Position numbers and translations under genes: made by a program. The notes below the pieces were generated by a model that saw only the letters and a list, made by a program, of their open reading frames with translations, did not search any database and was not told the DNA's origin. From the IMG/VR virus record IMGVR_UViG_3300027693_000002: a stretch of DNA of 38,082 nt; one strand, written 5' to 3'. Shown piece after piece: positions 33,460 through 38,082 of this stretch (position 1 is its first letter; each line of letters begins with the position of its first letter). Source of the stretch: a virus.

Positions 33460-33982
33460 TCAACGAACGGCACGGTGTCCTTTTGGGAGCAACCTACCGC
33501 AAGATGAGCATTCGGATCCGGCACTGAACTTGACTCCACACTCGCAGTATCCGGCTTCATTCAAAACATCGGAAGCTAGGATCACTAGCTTGTTCAGATC
33601 TCCCAGGACACCGGAGGCCGTGGCATAAGCAGCCAGATCACTGGCATCTCTTGTGTAACCTTTTGCGAGGTTCACCCGTAGGTGCTCCCGCATGATGTCA
33701 GTTACGTCCATTTCAAGCTCCACAGGCAGCGTAGTAGCCGTCAGCAACTACGCGGTAGTTGTTACCCTCGCGGGTGATGGTGGCTTTCGAACCTGTGACG
33801 AACTCAACCGCGTCAGCCAAGTCCTGCTTGGAGGCATTGAGCTCAGTCAGGTCCATAGGGTTCACCATCGTGTTGATGGCAGTCTTCCAGTTATCCTTTG
33901 GGGCACACAAGTCGAAAAGCGGCAGGTATTTCTTCTGCTCTGGGGTTTGGCAGTAGGGGATCTCGCGGGACTGGGTCGTCAT
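33460..33982 (-). CDS. two overlapping minus-strand ORFs (33713..33982 and 33460..33747). They may be one gene with a frameshift or two overlapping genes.
   Basis: Both translations look protein-like. There is a 35-nt overlap in different frames. Confidence 0.35.
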
Positions 33983-34101
33983 GCAGACTATTTACGCACG
34001 AGCCTCCCGAGTTCTCAACAAGATTCTACGAGGGCTCGAGGGGGTTGGGTGTGCTCCTTACGGGGGGCTGAAAGGTTCGGCTTTTTGGTGTACTCACAGT
34101 C

Positions 34102-34413
34102 ATGAAAGATCTGATAGGGCAAACGATCCGGGTAGGGGACAAGGTGGCGTACTCGGTGAGGTCGATTTGTGGGTACCTGGGCATAGGGGTAGTCGTGGAG
34201 GTGGTCCCGGAGAGGGAAGACTCGTCGAAGCCGGCTGGGGTGGTTCCATCGAAGCTGAAGGTTGAGGTTCAGGCGTCGTCCAAGTACGTGGGGGCGAAGC
34301 GTGGGAAGGTCATCACGCTGGGGAACGATAGTCTACGGGTAACACATCCTAAGGGGCGATTGGACACCGTGTTCGTATATGAAAGAGCAGCTGGCCGAGC
34401 CAAGAGTTGTTGA
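34102..34413 (+). CDS. hypothetical protein (103 aa)
   Basis: ORF. Confidence 0.5.
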   Translation: MKDLIGQTIRVGDKVAYSVRSICGYLGIGVVVEVVPEREDSSKPAGVVPSKLKVEVQASSKYVGAKRGKVITLGNDSLRVTHPKGRLDTVFVYERAAGRAKSC

Positions 34414-34469
34414 GGGAAATGCTCGGAAGCAGAGTGGCTTATCCGGATCACTCAAGTTGAAAGGAATTC

Positions 34470-34733
34470 ATGAAACGTATTGCAAAGGTATCAAACCGCA
34501 GAGCTAGTCAAGTCGCAGATACAACATTTACCGTTGGTGATTTGCAGTGGGCATTTAATGAATGGATGCGGCGATATATTGCCAATCCCGAGGAATTCGA
34601 ACGAGAGTTTCGGAGTGTTCAGGTGTTTTTGCGGCAAAAAGGTGAGCCTAATTACGGCAAAGATTGCACGGCCTACGTCTGCAAACTTCTCAGAGAGAGT
34701 CATGAAAAGCGAACGAAACGTTCCAGCCGATGA
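34470..34733 (+). CDS. hypothetical basic protein (87 aa), SD-led and locally lower in GC
   Basis: AAGGAA lies 5 nt upstream of the ATG. The region is AT-richer than its surroundings. Confidence 0.5.
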   Translation: MKRIAKVSNRRASQVADTTFTVGDLQWAFNEWMRRYIANPEEFEREFRSVQVFLRQKGEPNYGKDCTAYVCKLLRESHEKRTKRSSR

Positions 34734-34976
34734 GGGTGGGAGCTAACCGGATTTTTTGGAGTTGGTCAGTAAAATCTAGTTGCATGGCAGCCGAAATGGA
34801 GGGAGAGTCTTTGAGACGCAATCCTTCCAGATTGACGTTGACGAGTCTGAGGTCGGGTTTGGCAATTTGGTCTCAGATCCGGTGTGGGAACCCCCGAAAG
34901 GGGGTTCTTCTGCTTTTGGGGACTGGAGTCGCCGAGTGGACAGCAACCGTCCGCCGGGAGTGCAAGAAGGAGCGAA

Positions 34977-35013
34977 CCCCCTCATCAACTGGTTTCACCA
35001 GTTGATGAGGGGG
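34977..35013. promoter_or_regulatory. perfect 17-bp palindrome (CCCCCTCATCAACTGGT-ttc-ACCAGTTGATGAGGGGG), 27 nt upstream of the ATG at 35040
   Basis: Read directly. Candidate operator or terminator. Confidence 0.5.
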
Positions 35014-35039
35014 TTGCCGAGGTGGTGTCAAGTTCATTC

Positions 35040-35606
35040 ATGTCCGAATCCTCTTTGAGACCAAGGCACAGCTCGTTGTCTGCATCTGAATCACTTGGTG
35101 AAACTGCATCACACGTCGGTGAACCACTCAATGGAATGCCAACCCTGCCTCGTAGGCTTTCTGCATTTGTGGAAGGATACACCGAAGCAAAGCATGAGAA
35201 TCTTTTTGTCCAAACCCACCAAGTGATGACCCAACGTGAGCCTTCTGATCACCTAGTCCTACGAGTAGCGGCTCGATATGCAGCCAAGCAGGTTGGAACC
35301 GTCGGTGTTGACTCCGGGACCCTGCTGGTGATTGACCCTGCCTACTTGAGGCATTGGGGGACAGGGGAGCATCCTGATTTGACTGATGACGGGTATCGCC
35401 GGGCCTGTAAGGCTGGACGTCACCAGCTCTACTTTACCAACGGGGTACCAGCAGCCGTGTTCATCAAGGGGTTTGGTGGTGACGGGAACTATCCGGTCAC
35501 CATTGATGAAGACCCCGAAAGTCGGCCTCCTGTTGCGAGTTTCAAGGTGGACTTCCAGGGGCTCGTCGCGAAAGTAGCAGCCAAGTACCGTGCATTGACA
35601 CGTTGA
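35040..35606 (+). CDS. hypothetical protein (188 aa). The start is reassigned to the ATG after the palindrome.
   Basis: The N-terminal 52 aa of the track ORF (34884..) span the palindrome and are low-complexity. Confidence 0.45.
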   Translation: MSESSLRPRHSSLSASESLGETASHVGEPLNGMPTLPRRLSAFVEGYTEAKHENLFVQTHQVMTQREPSDHLVLRVAARYAAKQVGTVGVDSGTLLVIDPAYLRHWGTGEHPDLTDDGYRRACKAGRHQLYFTNGVPAAVFIKGFGGDGNYPVTIDEDPESRPPVASFKVDFQGLVAKVAAKYRALTR

Positions 35607-35707
35607 ATACGAGCTTACCGTCCGCCTACGGGGTACGATATTCCCACATAGGCCCCATATGGGGCCTTGACGACAAGGATTTGTAGTGCTTTATAGTCCT
35701 CCCTACC

Positions 35708-36169
35708 ATGGCAATTCGAATCCTACTCGATGGAACTATAGAGGTTGACACTGCAACGGAGATGGTCGCCTATGAACAGGCTCTCCAGGCGGGTCGGCTT
35801 ACTCAGTTGCAACGCACTCTGGCCGTCAGGCGGACACCGGAAACTTCGATTGATGGGGCGTGGGACACCTTCCATTCAGCCTTGGTGGGTCGGAATGACT
35901 TTCGAGCTATTAGGATGAAGACCGTCTTGGGCTTGGTGAGGAATAACGGTCAAGAGGGGATCTCTTGGAAGGATTTGTCCGATGCCCTTGGCGATACAAA
36001 CCTAAGTAAAACCTCTGGAACAGTGTCCGGGATGGCGAAAAGCGCCCGCAGTTCTGGACTAAATCCCAAGGATGTCTTGGTAGTAGGGAAAGACAAGAGA
36101 GTGCGACCTGGACCGCTCCTCCAGCGTAACGAACCACCACGATCCTATCCAGAGAAAAAGGCACATTGA
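35708..36169 (+). CDS. hypothetical protein (153 aa)
   Basis: ORF. Confidence 0.5.
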   Translation: MAIRILLDGTIEVDTATEMVAYEQALQAGRLTQLQRTLAVRRTPETSIDGAWDTFHSALVGRNDFRAIRMKTVLGLVRNNGQEGISWKDLSDALGDTNLSKTSGTVSGMAKSARSSGLNPKDVLVVGKDKRVRPGPLLQRNEPPRSYPEKKAH

Positions 36170-36194
36170 GCAGCAAGTGGCCCGTCAACAACCA

Positions 36195-36707
36195 CTAGTG
36201 AAGTGGATCGATGCTTAGATGTCGCTCCACTTCGTCGCTCACGCAAGTTCTTTCTTCGGGGCCGCTCCTCTCGAGACAGGGAGCGACACCTCGAGCAACG
36301 GTCCAACTGCCATCCTCCGCCTCTTGCAGTTCACCTCGCTTGGTGAGGTAGTTACGAGTGGCGTTTCTCTTTTGGGCAGCCGGATCATCGCGCCCATTTT
36401 CGAGCTCCCGAGTTGCCTCGGCTATTGTCAGTCGGGGGTTTCGTTCATAGAGGCGTTTCAACCGTGCCGCCTTGGTGCCCGAGGTGTCATGTTTCGGAAC
36501 TACAGGGACTTCGACCCAGTCTTCGGTATAGTGCTCCACTAGCCGGTCAGATAGCTCTGTTATCTGACTCTGCAACTCCCGGAACTGTTGAGTGCGGGTC
36601 TGCTGTTCGAGCTTGAACCGCTCCTCAGCTTGCTTGAGTTCTTGAGCTTTCTCGACCATCTTGGCCGAGAGGATCTGAATCTCGTCTGCTGGGGAAAGTC
36701 TGACCAC
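36195..36707 (-). CDS. hypothetical coiled-coil protein (170 aa)
   Basis: Heptad-like EQ-rich N-terminal half. Confidence 0.5.
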   Translation of the reverse strand: MVRLSPADEIQILSAKMVEKAQELKQAEERFKLEQQTRTQQFRELQSQITELSDRLVEHYTEDWVEVPVVPKHDTSGTKAARLKRLYERNPRLTIAEATRELENGRDDPAAQKRNATRNYLTKRGELQEAEDGSWTVARGVAPCLERSGPEERTCVSDEVERHLSIDPLH

Positions 36708-36922
36708 GTTGGTATCGCGTATCTAGCACATGCAAAGAGATCGACAACACGAGGCTGTCGGATTTGACTTGGAAGCTAGCTTAGTGTTGACCTAACCAGC
36801 GGGTATCTTTAACTATTGTTCCTTGTGTAGAAGGGATGGCAGCATGGTGCTATGTGCCCGTTGTGCTGGAGATCGCCTAGGTGGTGTCCATGATCGTAGG
36901 GACCGATGAAGCCCTAAAGATG

Positions 36923-37201
36923 CTAATGCGCGTCTTCTTGGTCAGGCCCTCTTCCATCCTCTTCCAGTAATCTTTGATCGAACTCTTTCAGTATTCGCTC
37001 GTACCTCGTTTGCTGAGCTGGTGAGATTACTTGCAGTACTTCCTCACTGGTTAGTTCGATGCCTCGCTCTCTTGCAAGTCGCAGGATCTCCTCCAGGGGT
37101 TTATCCTTGTGGTAGATGATGTGGACAATCTTCTGCATACTACCATTCAGAGGTTCGCTCTTCACGAGCCCAATTGTCAAGAGACTAGGCCAACACTGCA
37201 C
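36923..37201 (-). CDS. small protein immediately downstream of the sigma factor gene (92 aa, or ~71 aa from the internal ATG at ~37138)
   Basis: Same strand as the sigma gene. An anti-sigma or regulator role is only a guess. Confidence 0.35.
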   Translation of the reverse strand: MQCWPSLLTIGLVKSEPLNGSMQKIVHIIYHKDKPLEEILRLARERGIELTSEEVLQVISPAQQTRYERILKEFDQRLLEEDGRGPDQEDAH

Positions 37202-37824
37202 AAGTCTGTTCCAAGCGCCCTCTTGATCTTTGTGATGACTCGAGTTTTGATTTGGCTGACTCGGGGTTCAGTGGTACCCCAAGCAAGGGCGATGTCTAGG
37301 AGGCGGTCGCCGAGGGCGATGGCTTCGAGGACTTGGCGTTCTCGGTCACGGAGGGGGACGGAGTCGACCTGTTGGAAGACTTCTCGGAAGTAAACGACGT
37401 CATCTGGGGAAGAGCGGTGGGAAGCGAGTAGGACCTCGTCGAGGTCATTGAACCGGGGTTTGTTTTTGGCCTTGAGCATTCTACGTGGTAGGGCGGCTTC
37501 ACCTCGAATCTCGTCCCAGATTTGGCCTCGGATACGGAGACGGGCGTATAAGGGGAAGGTGGCCTCGTCGCCAATGAAGCGCGTGCAGGCGTTCCACAGG
37601 CCGATAGATCCGAAGTGCTCTAAGGTTTTGAGGTCATAGATGAGGGACATTTTCCGGAGGGCGAACTTGGCTTCCAGGGTGACCAGGTGCAGGTGGTTCT
37701 TGAAGCGGTCCTGGATAGGATCCTTTTTGATGGGGAGTGGGTCACCGATGGGGTTAGCTATCTGGCGCAGGCTAATCCCTCTTGCGGCTTCTTCGATCTT
37801 TTTGGAGTCAGCGAAGTTAGCCAC
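37177..37824 (-). CDS. sigma-70-family RNA polymerase sigma factor (215 aa; regions 2 and 4 only)
   Basis: The C-terminal stretch RDRERQVLEAIALGDRLLDIALAWGTTEPRVSQIKTRVITKIKRAL is a typical region-4 HTH. The central part resembles region 2. The start is GTG. Confidence 0.75.
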   Translation of the reverse strand: MANFADSKKIEEAARGISLRQIANPIGDPLPIKKDPIQDRFKNHLHLVTLEAKFALRKMSLIYDLKTLEHFGSIGLWNACTRFIGDEATFPLYARLRIRGQIWDEIRGEAALPRRMLKAKNKPRFNDLDEVLLASHRSSPDDVVYFREVFQQVDSVPLRDRERQVLEAIALGDRLLDIALAWGTTEPRVSQIKTRVITKIKRALGTDLCSVGLVS

Positions 37825-37878
37825 ACTTAGTTACCCTGGGACAGAAGGAATACCGATTTAGAGAGAGTTCAAGGTCAC

Positions 37879-38079
37879 CTAACCAGTCGAGACATGCACT
37901 GTGGTAGACGGGTCTGCAACTGGGCGATCCAATAACTCACTAGGATCCATGCTAAAGAACTTAGCGACAAGAACTGCCTTCTGATAGATTTCCGGCGGGG
38001 CGTCCCCCTCGATTTTTCGGTTACGGTACCACCTGCCCACGTCATCAAGCGAAGACATAACCTTACGAACGTTTTCCAC
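37879..38079 (-). CDS. hypothetical protein (66 aa or longer; its start is near the window edge)
   Basis: ORF upstream of the sigma gene on the same strand. Confidence 0.3.
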   Translation of the reverse strand: MENVRKVMSSLDDVGRWYRNRKIEGDAPPEIYQKAVLVAKFFSMDPSELLDRPVADPSTTVHVSTG

Positions 38080-38082
38080 TAC

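Noticed and set aside
1-38082. Global TGA stop-codon reassignment (genetic code 4 or 25), suggested by the in-frame TGA in tnpB and by long open stretches after the TGA stops of 2978..3310 (44 codons), 5203..5949 (92 codons) and 6562..8526 (42 codons)
   Set aside because: Many well-delimited genes end in TGA and are followed by the next promoter or by further in-frame stops within a few codons; for example there are 3 in-frame TGAs right after the sigma gene. Family paralogues end at equivalent positions using TGA or TAA interchangeably. Only the tnpB case is persuasive, and a pseudogene is the simpler explanation there.

Overview
This 38-kb window looks like a dense bacteriophage or prophage (possibly phage-plasmid) segment with four parts.

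- **Left arm, 1-8.5 kb.** An IS200/IS605-family TnpB-like gene runs off the window start on the minus strand and is interrupted by one in-frame TGA. The arm also holds a Thg1-like tRNA-His guanylyltransferase / 3'-5' polymerase homologue on the minus strand, and a two-gene structural module ending in a 654-aa beta-helix tailspike/tail-fiber-like protein with internal tandem repeats.
- **Minus-strand operon, 9.1-12.6 kb.** Small genes are translationally coupled by 4-nt overlaps. The operon begins with a ribbon-helix-helix DNA-binding protein gene that abuts an array of seven 11-bp iterons (TTGTATATCAC, in direct and inverted copies), followed by GC-rich hairpins. This is a candidate operator, partition or origin locus.
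- **Plus-strand array, 13.4-31.6 kb.** About 40 small genes (48-264 aa) fall into at least seven paralogous families. About 22 copies of one highly stereotyped promoter are read off the sequence: TTGAGT, a 14-15-nt spacer, GCGTAATA, about 6 nt, then ATG. The -10-like box sits immediately before the start codon, which implies leaderless mRNAs. Several other genes use ordinary Shine-Dalgarno leaders or 4-nt overlaps instead. Several intergenic repeat families are interspersed here:
  - a roughly 380-400-nt repeat pair;
  - a roughly 75-nt element with CTACACGTAG / CTACGTGTAG termini and operator-like 19-mers;
  - a 95-nt 3'-UTR element with a compensatory stem;
  - an orphan promoter feeding a 95-nt hairpin.
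- **Right arm, 31.2-38 kb.** A 1.5-kb non-coding region carries UUCG hairpins, perfect palindromes, a decayed gene copy and a tRNA-like T-arm. A lower-GC gene cluster follows. At the far right is a sigma-70-family sigma factor gene (215 aa) on the minus strand, followed by a small downstream gene.

No rRNA, CRISPR array or convincing complete tRNA was seen. Overall GC is moderate, about mid-50 % by eye. Motif coordinates were derived by hand and may be off by 1-2 nt. ORF coordinates come from the supplied track.
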